Assembly (NCBI GenBank): GCA_965237905.1
Contig: OZ250172.1
Coordinates: forward strand, 2,048,001 to 2,112,000
Direction: 5' to 3'
DNA length: 64,000 nt
DNA from: Nitrospinaceae bacterium
GTDB lineage: Bacteria; Nitrospinota; Nitrospinia; Nitrospinales; Nitrospinaceae
Shown: positions 18,321 through 28,210 of the stretch, one piece after another
How the letters are laid out: each line of letters opens with the position of its first letter
Position numbering within the stretch: the first letter of the stretch is position 1
Notes under the pieces: generated by a model
Told to the model about the DNA's origin: nothing
The model's input: only the letters and a program-made list of their open reading frames with translations
Database searches by the model: none
Program-made: the position numbers and the translations under genes

Positions 18321-19094
18321 ATGTTACATATTCAAAATTTGGTCAAAAGTTATCAGAATTTGGAAGCCGTAAAAGGCATCAACCTGAAGGTTCCCGAGGG
18401 CGAGGTCTTCGGATTTTTGGGACCCAACGGTGCAGGCAAAACCACCACCATCAAAATGATCGTGGGACTGCTCAAGCCCACCTCCGGGACCATTTCCATC
18501 GGAGGGTTTGATATCGGCAGTCAATCCTCCGAGGCCAAATCCATTTTGGGATATATTCCAGACCGTCCTTTCATTTACGAAAAGCTGACCGGCCGTGAAT
18601 ACCTGGCGTTCATCGCCGATCTTTATAACATGGATGCCGCCGACGCCGCTGAACGGATCCAGAAGTACCTGGATTTTTTCGATCTCACCGAGGCCGGGGA
18701 CAAACTGGTCGAAGGGTATTCACACGGGATGAAACAGAAGCTGATCATATCCGGCGCCTTGCTGCACGATCCGAAATTGGTGGTGGTCGATGAACCGATG
18801 GTGGGATTGGACCCCAAGGGCGCGCGGCAGGTCAAGCAGTTGTTCCGCGACTTGTGCCAAAAGGGGACGTGCATTTTTATGTCCACCCATTCTCTCGGCA
18901 TCGCACAGGCGATGTGTGATCGCATCGGCATCATCCAAAAAGGCGAAGTCATCGCGCTGGGGACTCTGGGCGATTTGCGGAAACAGGCGGATCAAGATCA
19001 TGAGCATCTGGAAGATATTTTCCTGGAGCTGACCGGCGACACGCACCTGGAACAGTTGAGCGGCATGATGGCCGCTGCTTCACCCGCCTCATGA
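18321..19094 (+). CDS. ABC-2 type transporter ATP-binding protein
   Basis: GPNGAGKTT, YSHGMKQK, VVDEP, MSTH, LEDIFLELT; GGGAG RBS. Confidence 0.93.
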   Translation: MLHIQNLVKSYQNLEAVKGINLKVPEGEVFGFLGPNGAGKTTTIKMIVGLLKPTSGTISIGGFDIGSQSSEAKSILGYIPDRPFIYEKLTGREYLAFIADLYNMDAADAAERIQKYLDFFDLTEAGDKLVEGYSHGMKQKLIISGALLHDPKLVVVDEPMVGLDPKGARQVKQLFRDLCQKGTCIFMSTHSLGIAQAMCDRIGIIQKGEVIALGTLGDLRKQADQDHEHLEDIFLELTGDTHLEQLSGMMAAASPAS

Positions 19095-19268
19095 GTGGAT
19101 AGTGCCAGAAAATTCCTGCTCCAACAATCCCCAAAAAAATTTAAGAAATGCGCGAAACAAGATGTCGCACTCAAAACCTTATGGTGTTAAGAAGAGACTG
19201 GACTCTTTTTTTTCTAAGTTAGATTTTGTGCGCTAAAAAGCTAAAAAATTATGCACTCCCGGAAGGAT

Positions 19269-19931
19269 TCATTGAATTGAATAACAGGGATGTCCGAAGG
19301 ACCTCCGTTGAATCGCATCCCGTCTTAATGGCAGTTCGACCGTTACCTTGGAATAATCCCTTGGTTTGGAAAGGGACTGTAATAATGCAATCACCGCATT
19401 GATTTCCATGTCGGATAATTGAATCGGAGAAAGATGGGCCACCGGGCAGATGGACTGCATGGGATTTTTTTTGCTTTCATAACCCTCCACGATATAGCAA
19501 CTGGGGCATTTCAAGGATTCCCGTAAATATTCCTCACCTGTATTAGCTCCTTTTCTGATACCAGTAGAGGTGTCCAGTTTGCCGACGGTTATCGGGAAGG
19601 TCATGTATCTCCATTCTTTGATGCGTTGATGGCTTCTTTCTTCAATGCCAAACAGGTTGGGTCCGCGGGCTTTGATATTACTTGGTTCGAATTGATGGCA
19701 TAAATTGCATTGCCCTTTTCCCGTTGAGAACCCCGAGGTACGTGTGATCCGGCCGCCAAAAATCAGGGTCACTCCCCATGAGGCAAACTCCTTGGCGCTT
19801 ACCCGTTCCGTGGATTTCGGATCAAATAGACAATCGTTGTTCCCCCAGGCCGGGTGAGCCAGAAGTCCTGAGATGAAAATAAAAAAGAATCCTGTGAGCC
19901 TAGCACCTTTATAGAAATTTATCATTTTCAT
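19269..19931 (-). CDS. Periplasmic monoheme cytochrome c (Nitrospina/Nitrospira-type with CPSCY motif)
   Basis: Signal peptide ending PAWG; GKGQCNLCH heme motif; RGPNL; EYLRESLKCPSCYIVEG. Confidence 0.8.
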   Translation of the reverse strand: MKMINFYKGARLTGFFFIFISGLLAHPAWGNNDCLFDPKSTERVSAKEFASWGVTLIFGGRITRTSGFSTGKGQCNLCHQFEPSNIKARGPNLFGIEERSHQRIKEWRYMTFPITVGKLDTSTGIRKGANTGEEYLRESLKCPSCYIVEGYESKKNPMQSICPVAHLSPIQLSDMEINAVIALLQSLSKPRDYSKVTVELPLRRDAIQRRSFGHPCYSIQ

Positions 19932-20140
19932 TTTTTGTTTTAAGGGGTCGTGATCCACCTTGTGGTTAAGGAAAACCCGGGATCTGTAACTCAAGGAATA
20001 GGAGGCCGGGTCTCAATGAAAGCCTGAATATCAGTTTAGCAATTGGTGGAAGCCCTGTCAAAAACCAGCCCTATCGTTGAAAAGAGGTCAAAACTCTTCT
20101 TATTTTGACCGCCCCATAAATGAAACAACTTTAATATTTG

Positions 20141-20203
20141 CTCCGCGTTCTCTGCGCCCTCTGCGGTGCCAAATCCCCCCGGCCCCCTTCAGGAAGGGGG
20201 GGG
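20141..20203. repeat. REP-like intergenic repeats (CTCTGCG-type run plus C-rich hairpin)
   Basis: CTCCGCGTTCTCTGCGCCCTCTGCGGT, then ATCCCCCCGGCCCCCTT-CAGG-AAGGGGG; the second unit recurs at 59514. Confidence 0.65.
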
Positions 20204-21406
20204 TTATTCAGTCTTGGGTGCTTCCCGTAAAATTCCTGATGCATCTTGTTTAGAATTGCCGCGCTTGATTTTGAGGCGCACCGTGTCGCCGAAATTACGT
20301 TTTTGCAGTTGAGCGGCTAAATCCTCCACGTCGGTCAGTTCGTTTCCGTCCAGCGCCAATAACACGTCATCTTTGTGCAGGTTCATTCTTTCTGCGTTGG
20401 ACCCTTTCTCCACTTTCAGGACCTTGAGCCCGTTCTTCAATTCCTCCAGAAAAACTCCGAGCCGGATACGATTGGGCGGCGGCACGATGTAGGACACTTT
20501 CCAACCGAAGTCCGACGCATACAATGGAATAGACACGTTTTTCATTTTCATTTCACGGTTCTTCAATGCCTTGGGAATTTCCGTGACCGCGGGCAGGATG
20601 ATTGAATAAGCATGCGGCACGCGCCGAAAGGCACGCTTGGGAATGCCGTAACCGTACTGCACATGAAACCCCCCGGCCAACACAATCAGTTTGCGGTTCT
20701 TATTCGTTTCGCTCTTCAAAAAATTCGCTACGGTTTCAGCCATCGACTCCTCCCACAGCAGGAGCATCTGGTACGGTTTGGAGACCGCCTCGGTATGCGT
20801 GTCGTTGCCGCCGAATAAGGACATCGAATAGGCCTGGTGATATTCATCTTCCGTATCGATTTCCGGCAGGCCTTCCTGGCTGGGTCCGCCGTCACGGAAT
20901 TTTTGCTCCAGGGCGCGCGAGGATTTCAATCCGATCAACGGGATGGATTTTTCTTTTAGGTACTCGAAGATGGGCTGGTACAGTCCGTAGCCCCGGCCCC
21001 AGTTCTTTCGGAACAGTTTGCGGAATTGTTTATCGGTCAAATGTCCCCGGTGCCAGCGGTTCAGATCGTCCTGAGCGGAGCGGCGGAACATTTCCATGCC
21101 CACAGAAATTTGGCCTGGAAATTTTTCCTGCAGGCGGCGAATGATTTCCAGTTGAATCCGGTGCGCTTCGAGATTGTCGTGCGTTTCACCGATATAGATA
21201 ACGCGTGACCCGGAGACGGTATCGATCATCTGCTCCACCGAAACGGTCAATCCGGTCGGCAGGTGCAGAATTTCTCCTGCTTTCAGTTTGTCCAAATTCC
21301 TATAGGGAGAACCCTGATTGGGGACTGCGTATTCCTCCGCCCCGGCGGGGGCAAAGAATCCGGCCATTAGGACCAGAAGGATGCCTGTCAGTGGGATCGT
21401 TTTCAT
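20204..21406 (-). CDS. ChaN (EreA/ChaN/TIKI-fold) family protein with C-terminal PDZ domain
   Basis: Signal peptide; IYIGETHDN..H..Q, GMEMF, LAGGFHVQYGYGIP; PDZ RLGVFL..GSNAERMNLHKDDVLL. Confidence 0.85.
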   Translation of the reverse strand: MKTIPLTGILLVLMAGFFAPAGAEEYAVPNQGSPYRNLDKLKAGEILHLPTGLTVSVEQMIDTVSGSRVIYIGETHDNLEAHRIQLEIIRRLQEKFPGQISVGMEMFRRSAQDDLNRWHRGHLTDKQFRKLFRKNWGRGYGLYQPIFEYLKEKSIPLIGLKSSRALEQKFRDGGPSQEGLPEIDTEDEYHQAYSMSLFGGNDTHTEAVSKPYQMLLLWEESMAETVANFLKSETNKNRKLIVLAGGFHVQYGYGIPKRAFRRVPHAYSIILPAVTEIPKALKNREMKMKNVSIPLYASDFGWKVSYIVPPPNRIRLGVFLEELKNGLKVLKVEKGSNAERMNLHKDDVLLALDGNELTDVEDLAAQLQKRNFGDTVRLKIKRGNSKQDASGILREAPKTE

Positions 21407-21504
21407 GGGGTTTTAGCGCGGCCTCCGAAATTGAACGAGTATTCAGGTCATTAAATCATGATATCAAAGGTTTAGGGAGAACTCCTCATCAGGAAAAGGA
21501 TGGC

Positions 21505-21533
21505 TTGACATCAAATCGGACATAGTCAATAAT
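21505..21533 (+). promoter_or_regulatory. Sigma70 promoter of rpsU
   Basis: TTGACA-N17-AATAAT. Confidence 0.65.
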
Positions 21534-21630
21534 ACCAGATTCGTGCCATTTCCCAATGTGATACCCTTTATAAAAGGGGGTTCCATAGGGGATTTCATTT
21601 TAAACGCTCTTGAAAGGGGTTGTTTTACTT

Positions 21631-21822
21631 TTGGAAGTTACCGTACATCAAAATCAGGTTGATAAAGCATTAAAAGCGCTCAAGCGGCAAATGACCAAGG
21701 AAGGCTTGTTGAAGGAATTGAAGCGGCGCCGGTTTTACGAAAAACCTTCGGTCAAAAAGAAGCGCAAACAGAAAGAAGCCAAAAAGAAAAGAAAATCGGC
21801 CATGCGCCGCAGTTTTTCTTAA
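21631..21822 (+). CDS. rpsU: 30S ribosomal protein S21
   Basis: ALKALKR..EG...E.KRRRFYEKPS.KKKRK; TTG start after AAGGGG. Confidence 0.95.
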   Translation: MEVTVHQNQVDKALKALKRQMTKEGLLKELKRRRFYEKPSVKKKRKQKEAKKKRKSAMRRSFS

Positions 21823-21846
21823 CTTGGAATCAGGCTGAACGATCCA

Positions 21847-21878
21847 ACGGCAGAGGGTTTCCCTCCGCCGTTTTTTTT
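21847..21878 (+). terminator. Terminator between convergent rpsU and rlmB
   Basis: AACGGCAGAGGG-TTT-CCCTCCGCCGTT followed by a T tract. Confidence 0.8.
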
Positions 21879-22650
21879 ATGGCTTTGGGTTCGAACCGGA
21901 CCCCGCCCGTTGCTTGTGTATTTCGTAGAACACGATGGCCGCGGCAGTCGATAAATTTAAGGAATCCAACTCTCCGGCCATGGGAATGGACACAGTGAAG
22001 TCGCAGGCTTTTTTCAGTATCGGCCGCACGCCTTTTTCTTCACCACCGATGATCAGGGCCACCGGTGTGTTGAAATCAAATTCATAACAGGCTCGGTCCC
22101 CTTCCATATCCACCCCGACAATCCAGAATCCTTTTTCCTTTAAAGTTTCCGCCCCCTGATTCAGGTTGGCAACACAGGCGATGGGAAGCGATTCGATCGC
22201 CCCGGCGGAGCATTTCGCGACGGTTTCGTTGAGAGGTGCCGACCGGTGCTTCGGCAATACCAGTCCCTGCAATCCCAGCACCCACGCCGACCGGATCAGG
22301 GCCCCCAGGTTTTGCGGATCCTGAATTTCGTCCGCCAGCACCAGAGCCGGATGGGAGCAGGACTGATAAGCCTGTTCGATCAATGTTTCCAGCTCAAGGG
22401 TTTGGAGTGGAGAAAAATAACCGACGATGCCCTGATGAGTGAGCTTTCCATATTTTTTGCGGAATGCCTCGGGTGGCAGGGTCTCCACACGGGTTTGGTG
22501 GGTTTCTGCCAATTCCAGGAGAGACGCCAGCCGAGCTGGAGGTTTCCCTTTTTCCAGGACGATTTTGTAGCATTCCCGTTTCCCCAGCGCCAGAGCCTGC
22601 TGGAGAGGGTGAACGCCGTAAACCATTTCTTGCTTCTTTTTTTCACTCAT
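21877..22650 (-). CDS. rlmB: 23S rRNA (Gm2251) 2'-O-methyltransferase, SpoU/TrmH family
   Basis: YGVHP, HQGIV, QDPQNLGALIRSA, KCSAGA, IGGEEKG, IPM...DSLN. Confidence 0.93.
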   Translation of the reverse strand: MSEKKKQEMVYGVHPLQQALALGKRECYKIVLEKGKPPARLASLLELAETHQTRVETLPPEAFRKKYGKLTHQGIVGYFSPLQTLELETLIEQAYQSCSHPALVLADEIQDPQNLGALIRSAWVLGLQGLVLPKHRSAPLNETVAKCSAGAIESLPIACVANLNQGAETLKEKGFWIVGVDMEGDRACYEFDFNTPVALIIGGEEKGVRPILKKACDFTVSIPMAGELDSLNLSTAAAIVFYEIHKQRAGSGSNPKP

Positions 22651-22865
22651 GGGTTTCGATGGCTGGTGAATTTAAATCTGGCGCAGTACCCCAAACAGGC
22701 TTGCAGGCAATTGAAACTTAATGATATAGTGAAAGTTAACGAAATTCTCTCGTATCCAAGCTTGCCGGTCGGTAAGAAATTACCACAATCCTTCCAAAAT
22801 GTGGTCTTCTAACTGAGAGATTTCAAGGATCTTGAAGCGTGTATCCCCTGTTTCCCTAAAATTAA

Positions 22866-25800
22866 ATGGCTATTTCCAAAAGAAAACTGATTTATCCGAT
22901 TTTTGCCACGCTGGTGTTCTTGGGCCTTCTGGTAATTACAGTGTTTTACATCCAGTTAAAGGACTTTGAAGCTCTGCGTGACGCAGTGGTTGAGCAAATC
23001 CACGCGGAAACCCAGAGGGACGTGCAAATTAGTTCCGCACAACTGGATTTTACGGAAGGCATCGGGTTGCAGTTGGGTGAGGTGACGCTTAAGGGTTCTT
23101 CCGTACAGCAATCAGATTTTGTCTGTAAAAAAGTTCTGGTACTGTTGCACCTGCCTCCTCTGTTGAAAGGGGAGATCAAAATCCAAAAACTCATTTTTGA
23201 AGGCCTGACGGTACAAGTCACCCGCGACGACCAGGGAGCCTTTAATTTTGGTGAACTTTCTGCCGTGGAGGCAAACCATTCCAGTGCCACTTTTCCCGAT
23301 TTGATCCGGGCGGCCATGTTGCACAGTGTGTTGGTCCGGAAGAGTGAGTTGTGGTTTGTGGATCATTCTATTTTTTCCGGTTCCAAGCCTTTGATCACCA
23401 AGATCAAAAACTTTTCCCTTTCTCTCAACAAACACTTTATGAAGTCGTCGCTCCGGATGCATTTGGATGGCGATGTTCCTTTCACAAAGCAGGAAAGCGG
23501 AAGAGTCAAGCTGGACGGAAAACTAGAGGTGCCCGAAGATTGGTCCAGCCTTTCTCAAGTGGCCGTGGAAGGAGCCCTGCAGTTCAAGGATGTGGGTACC
23601 GAGCCGTTTCAACCCTATCTGGCAAAGGTGTTCGAGCAACACCCGGGAGAGCATCTCGTTACTCTCGACACCCGATTTGCAGGCACGTTGGATGGTCACA
23701 TCCAGTTGTCCGGCTCTCTGAAGCATACGCCGCGGGTGCCGACCCTCCAACCGGGTCCTTCCAAAATATCCTCGCCCGTTCACGGAAGCCTCGACTATAA
23801 CTTTATTTTCAGCCAGGACACTGTGGAGTTCAAGCAATTGGATTACCGGTCAGAGGATTTTTTCCTGATGATTCATGGAACCTATGCCCGTTTTCTTTCT
23901 GACAAAGCCTGGCTGACGGCTACCTTGAAATCGGCTCCCTTCAAAATCCAAAACAGCACAGAATATCTCCCCTTGAAAGTATTCAGCAGGGAAATTCACG
24001 ACCGACTACACGGCTTTTTAAAAAAAGGTGAAATGGAATTCGTCTCCTTTAATATTAAAGGACCGCGGACTATTTTTGAAGGCAGGCCCAATGCGGAAAT
24101 CGAAGCCTACGATTCGGGTTCGATCATCCTGCGCCAGGTGGATTTGGGAGCGGATGCGTTGCCCTTGAAAGGTGTGACGGGGGGTATTCAGTTTAAGGAC
24201 GGGGTTGTGAACGTAGAGGTGCAGGAAGCGCATTATGAACATGTCGCGATAAAAAATTTGGTGGGTACCATCACGCACCCATTGACGGATCCTTGGGTCA
24301 CAGGAACTCTGGAGGTAGAAGGAGCTTTGGCGCCCGTGGCTCTTTTGATTGAGAAAAAGTGGACATTGCCTCCGCGATTGTCCTTTCTAAAAGATCTCAA
24401 ACGTATTCAAGGAGTCAGTCACGGCAAACTCGTCATCCAGGGCCCGCTCCATAAAATGGGAAAAATCAAGTGGTCGGGAAACGTTTCCCTCGAACATGCC
24501 GGGTTTATCACAAAGGGATTACCCGCCCCGGTTCACAATATCAATGGTAATGTTCTTTTCACCAGGATGATCTCACCGGCCACCGATTCGATAAAAAATG
24601 CAAAACCGGGACCTGTCTGGACCCTCCGGTTTGAAAATTTTAACGGGGAACTTGGAAGCCATTATTTCAGGGAGATCAACGCGGAATCTTTGATAGAAAA
24701 CGGTGTCCCGGTGAAGAAGGTGCGGGGCAAAATTCAGCTGGGCGCGCTGAAGGCCGAGCAGGTGATTTCCACACCGTTTGAAGGCAGAATCAAATCGTTT
24801 CTCAAGCATGTTCTGCTTGAAAGCGGAGAGGTTGATTTTAATTTCCAAAACACAGGGCCCGGCCCGGGAAATCAACAGTCTCAAAACCGGGGTTCTCTGG
24901 AAATCAAAAAACTGTATCTGAAACATTCCAAAGGATTCCGCCCACTGAAGAACCTGAACGCCACAGTGTTGTTTGACGACCACAACATTGACCTGGAAAC
25001 GACCGGGGGTTGGTATGGCGATTCCCCCCTTGAGCTCAAGGGTCAATTCAAAAACTATTCCAAGGACGATCCGGAGCTGGTTTTGACAGCCCGTTCCACG
25101 GATTTTTTGAGACAGGACTTTGCCGGGATCCCCTTTCTGGAAACCCTCGAGTACCAGGGTCCTGCAAAAGTGGATTTGAAATTCCACTGCACCGATAAGT
25201 TCATAAAGCTGAAAAAGAAGGTGGACCTGACCCGGGTTTCGTACCGGTACGAAAATTTTATCATCAAACCTGAAAACGTTTCAAACTCCATCGCAATCTC
25301 CGCCACGCTGGATTCAGAAGGGAAAGTTGATTTTAAGAAAGTGGTCTTCGAGTTGGAGGGAAGCCAGGTGACCGGAAAAGGGTTTTTGAAAAGCATGGAC
25401 GACCCGCAGTTTTCCATCCAGTTTGGATCGGACCATTTCAAAACCTGGCCCGCTTCGCAATACATCCGCCCTCTTCAAGGATCGTTGGGAGGCCATGCCC
25501 ATTTTCATATTTCGGCGCAAGGCAACTTCAGAAATCTGGAAGAGGCGGTGCTTCAAGGAAGCGTTCGTTTGAAGGGGATCGAGTACAAGCCCGATGATTT
25601 TCTCGTTCCCATCAAGCTCAATGCGGATATGAAATTCAAGAATAAACATTTCCAAATTCGTAATGGAAAGCTGGAGGCGAAAGGTTCCAAGATATTTTTT
25701 GGTGGGGATTATCAAGGGGGAGAAGCTCCTCATGTAACACTCAAGCTGGTGGGACCGGGCCTGGATTTGAATCAAATGGTCTCCAAAGAAGGAAAACCTT

Positions 25801-26711
25801 CAAAGGGGTTTTTACACTGGTTGGGCGAAACCCGGGTGTTTTCCAAAGGGTCGGGGGAAATTGAAATCAAACTCAACCGGTTTGCCCATAAATTCTGGAC
25901 TCTGCCTGAGGTAACCGGCAAACTCACTTTCAAGGATCAGATCCTGCAAACCAAGAACCTGACTCTCGGCCAGGCCAAGATTGATAAGGTTATGCTTATG
26001 GGTGAATTGTCTCTTGCCGATATTCAAAATCCCTCCTTTGATACGGTTCTGATCTCTCGCGGTGTTCCGATCGACAAACTGTTTGCCATGTTTGGAGATA
26101 CGTTTCATGCGTCGTTGACTGGGAATACGGTTTGGTTAAAGGCTCACATCCATGGACGGGGCGGAGATCTAAAAAAAATCACCCAAAGTTTGGAGGGTCG
26201 GTTATCCTTCAACTTGAAGGACGGTCGTATTCATACCGGAAGATTGTTAAATGGCGCGGTGAAACTGTTTGGAATTTCCGTCGACCCAAGGACGGTGGCC
26301 GAGAGAGCCGGAAAACCTAATAACGGCTATATGCAGATTTTCGGGAATTTTTCCATATTAAATGGCGTGGCGCATACGGAAAAATTTTTGTACGAGGAAA
26401 AGGGAGAACGCTTGTCCCTGGTCGGAGCCTTTGATCTCAATACCAGTCGAATGGGTACCGTGGTGGGGGTCGCTCCTTTTCGCCGGGTGGGCCGCATTAT
26501 AAAACAGATTCCCATCTTGGGCCCCATTATGACCGGTGGCAAAGAAGGGAGCCTGATCACGACCTATTATAAAGTCGAAGGTCCCTTCAACGATCCCAAA
26601 GTCGAATCGGTTCCCTTTAAATCCATCAGCGAAAAAGTATTGGGCACCCTGGAAGGGGTCATCATCGCCCCAAGCGAACTCTTTTCCAGTCAGGAACCTG
26701 TCACTGAGTAA
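22866..26711 (+). CDS. AsmA-like / YhdP-type (DUF3971) lipid-bridge protein
   Basis: 1281 aa; N-terminal TM anchor; beta-strand-rich body; C-terminal IPILGPI...YKVEGPFNDPKV (AsmA_2 pattern). Confidence 0.85.
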   Translation: MAISKRKLIYPIFATLVFLGLLVITVFYIQLKDFEALRDAVVEQIHAETQRDVQISSAQLDFTEGIGLQLGEVTLKGSSVQQSDFVCKKVLVLLHLPPLLKGEIKIQKLIFEGLTVQVTRDDQGAFNFGELSAVEANHSSATFPDLIRAAMLHSVLVRKSELWFVDHSIFSGSKPLITKIKNFSLSLNKHFMKSSLRMHLDGDVPFTKQESGRVKLDGKLEVPEDWSSLSQVAVEGALQFKDVGTEPFQPYLAKVFEQHPGEHLVTLDTRFAGTLDGHIQLSGSLKHTPRVPTLQPGPSKISSPVHGSLDYNFIFSQDTVEFKQLDYRSEDFFLMIHGTYARFLSDKAWLTATLKSAPFKIQNSTEYLPLKVFSREIHDRLHGFLKKGEMEFVSFNIKGPRTIFEGRPNAEIEAYDSGSIILRQVDLGADALPLKGVTGGIQFKDGVVNVEVQEAHYEHVAIKNLVGTITHPLTDPWVTGTLEVEGALAPVALLIEKKWTLPPRLSFLKDLKRIQGVSHGKLVIQGPLHKMGKIKWSGNVSLEHAGFITKGLPAPVHNINGNVLFTRMISPATDSIKNAKPGPVWTLRFENFNGELGSHYFREINAESLIENGVPVKKVRGKIQLGALKAEQVISTPFEGRIKSFLKHVLLESGEVDFNFQNTGPGPGNQQSQNRGSLEIKKLYLKHSKGFRPLKNLNATVLFDDHNIDLETTGGWYGDSPLELKGQFKNYSKDDPELVLTARSTDFLRQDFAGIPFLETLEYQGPAKVDLKFHCTDKFIKLKKKVDLTRVSYRYENFIIKPENVSNSIAISATLDSEGKVDFKKVVFELEGSQVTGKGFLKSMDDPQFSIQFGSDHFKTWPASQYIRPLQGSLGGHAHFHISAQGNFRNLEEAVLQGSVRLKGIEYKPDDFLVPIKLNADMKFKNKHFQIRNGKLEAKGSKIFFGGDYQGGEAPHVTLKLVGPGLDLNQMVSKEGKPSKGFLHWLGETRVFSKGSGEIEIKLNRFAHKFWTLPEVTGKLTFKDQILQTKNLTLGQAKIDKVMLMGELSLADIQNPSFDTVLISRGVPIDKLFAMFGDTFHASLTGNTVWLKAHIHGRGGDLKKITQSLEGRLSFNLKDGRIHTGRLLNGAVKLFGISVDPRTVAERAGKPNNGYMQIFGNFSILNGVAHTEKFLYEEKGERLSLVGAFDLNTSRMGTVVGVAPFRRVGRIIKQIPILGPIMTGGKEGSLITTYYKVEGPFNDPKVESVPFKSISEKVLGTLEGVIIAPSELFSSQEPVTE

Positions 26712-26737
26712 TATTGGTTTTACATTCTTGAAATAAA

Positions 26738-27007
26738 CTAGAGCGAAGTGATGTTGACGATCTGAATATCCTGTGGGGCCTTGCCCAGATGATGAGCGAG
26801 AGCGGCATGAATGGCGGCGATATGGTCTTCGTCTTGAGAATATCCCGCCGCCGCAGGGGCTTGAGCTCTGGGTGGAGGGGCGGGTGGAGCCGTGTAGGGC
26901 AGGAAGTGGACCAGCACCCTAATCACGCCGATCAAAATTCCCAGCACCAGGAAAATGACCGCCATGGCCAGAATGGAAACTTGGATCGGCTCAATGAGGG
27001 ATGGCAT
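26738..27007 (-). CDS. oadG: Na+-translocating decarboxylase gamma subunit
   Basis: One TM helix, Pro/Ala linker, HIAAIHAALAHH. Confidence 0.85.
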   Translation of the reverse strand: MPSLIEPIQVSILAMAVIFLVLGILIGVIRVLVHFLPYTAPPAPPPRAQAPAAAGYSQDEDHIAAIHAALAHHLGKAPQDIQIVNITSL

Positions 27008-27010
27008 GAT

Positions 27011-28210
27011 TTACTGCCCCAGCGATGTGGTAATTGTTTGGAGGGTTTCGACAGCGGCATGTCCGGTGCTGGCATCGCCCGACCCGTACAGGGATAAAAA
27101 CACCCCCGCCGCCACCGCGCTTCCGATCACTCCCGCCACATTGGGGCCCATGGCATGCATGAGCAGAAAATTGGATTTATCGGCTTCCTGACCCACCTTT
27201 TGTGACACCCGCGCGGCCATGGGCACGGCCGACACACCTGCCGAACCGATCAGTGGATTGATCTTCCCCTTGGAAACGATGTACATGAGCTTGCCGAACA
27301 ACACCCCACCAGCGGTGGCCATGCAGAACGCCAGCAGTCCGAGGATGATGATCTTGATGGTACTCAGGGTTAAAAACGATTCCGCCGTCATCGACGAACC
27401 CACCGCCAGTGCCAGCAGAATGGTGACGATATTGATCAAATGGGTCTGTGAGGTTTCATGCAGGCGCGCCGTCACTCCCGATTCCCGAAACAGATTGCCC
27501 AGCATCAGCATGCCCAGTAAAGGGGCGACGCCGGGAAGCATCAACACCACGATCACGGTCGCGGCGATGGGGAAAATGATTTTAACCGTCTGCGAAATGG
27601 GTTTCAATTGCTCCATCTTGACCGCGCGTTCTTTTTCCGTGGTGAGGAAGCGCATGATGGGCGGTTGAATAAGCGGTACCAGCGACATGTAGGAATAAGC
27701 CGCTACCGCAATGGGACCCAATAAATGGGGCGCCAGTTTAGCCGCCAGGAAAATCGACGTCGGCCCGTCCGCACCACCGATAATACCGATAGCGGCGGCT
27801 TCCTGCATGTTGAATCCCAGCGCAAACGCCCCGATGAGTGTCGTATAAACTCCGATCTGTGCCGCCGCACCCAGACACAAGGTTTTCGGGTTAGCCAGCA
27901 GGGGACCGAAATCGGTCAACGCCCCGACACCCAGGAATATCAACGGGGGCAGAATTTCATGCCTCACCCCGAAATAGAAAAAGTTGAACAATCCGCCGTC
28001 ATCCGTATTGGCCAGCATACTGAGTGGCAGGTTGGCCAGCAAACAACCGAAACCGATGGGAAGCAGGAGCAAGGGCTCGAACTTTTTCCAAATGGCGAGG
28101 TAGGTCAAAACAAACGCAATAAGAATCATTACTCCCTGACCGGGCTCGATAGCAATAAACCCGGTGGAGTGGAAAATTTTACTGACCGCATCCTGAAAAC
28201 TAAAATCCAT
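27011..28210 (-). CDS. oadB: Na+-translocating decarboxylase beta subunit
   Basis: [52 protein letters not shown]. Confidence 0.97.
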   Translation of the reverse strand: MDFSFQDAVSKIFHSTGFIAIEPGQGVMILIAFVLTYLAIWKKFEPLLLLPIGFGCLLANLPLSMLANTDDGGLFNFFYFGVRHEILPPLIFLGVGALTDFGPLLANPKTLCLGAAAQIGVYTTLIGAFALGFNMQEAAAIGIIGGADGPTSIFLAAKLAPHLLGPIAVAAYSYMSLVPLIQPPIMRFLTTEKERAVKMEQLKPISQTVKIIFPIAATVIVVLMLPGVAPLLGMLMLGNLFRESGVTARLHETSQTHLINIVTILLALAVGSSMTAESFLTLSTIKIIILGLLAFCMATAGGVLFGKLMYIVSKGKINPLIGSAGVSAVPMAARVSQKVGQEADKSNFLLMHAMGPNVAGVIGSAVAAGVFLSLYGSGDASTGHAAVETLQTITTSLGQ

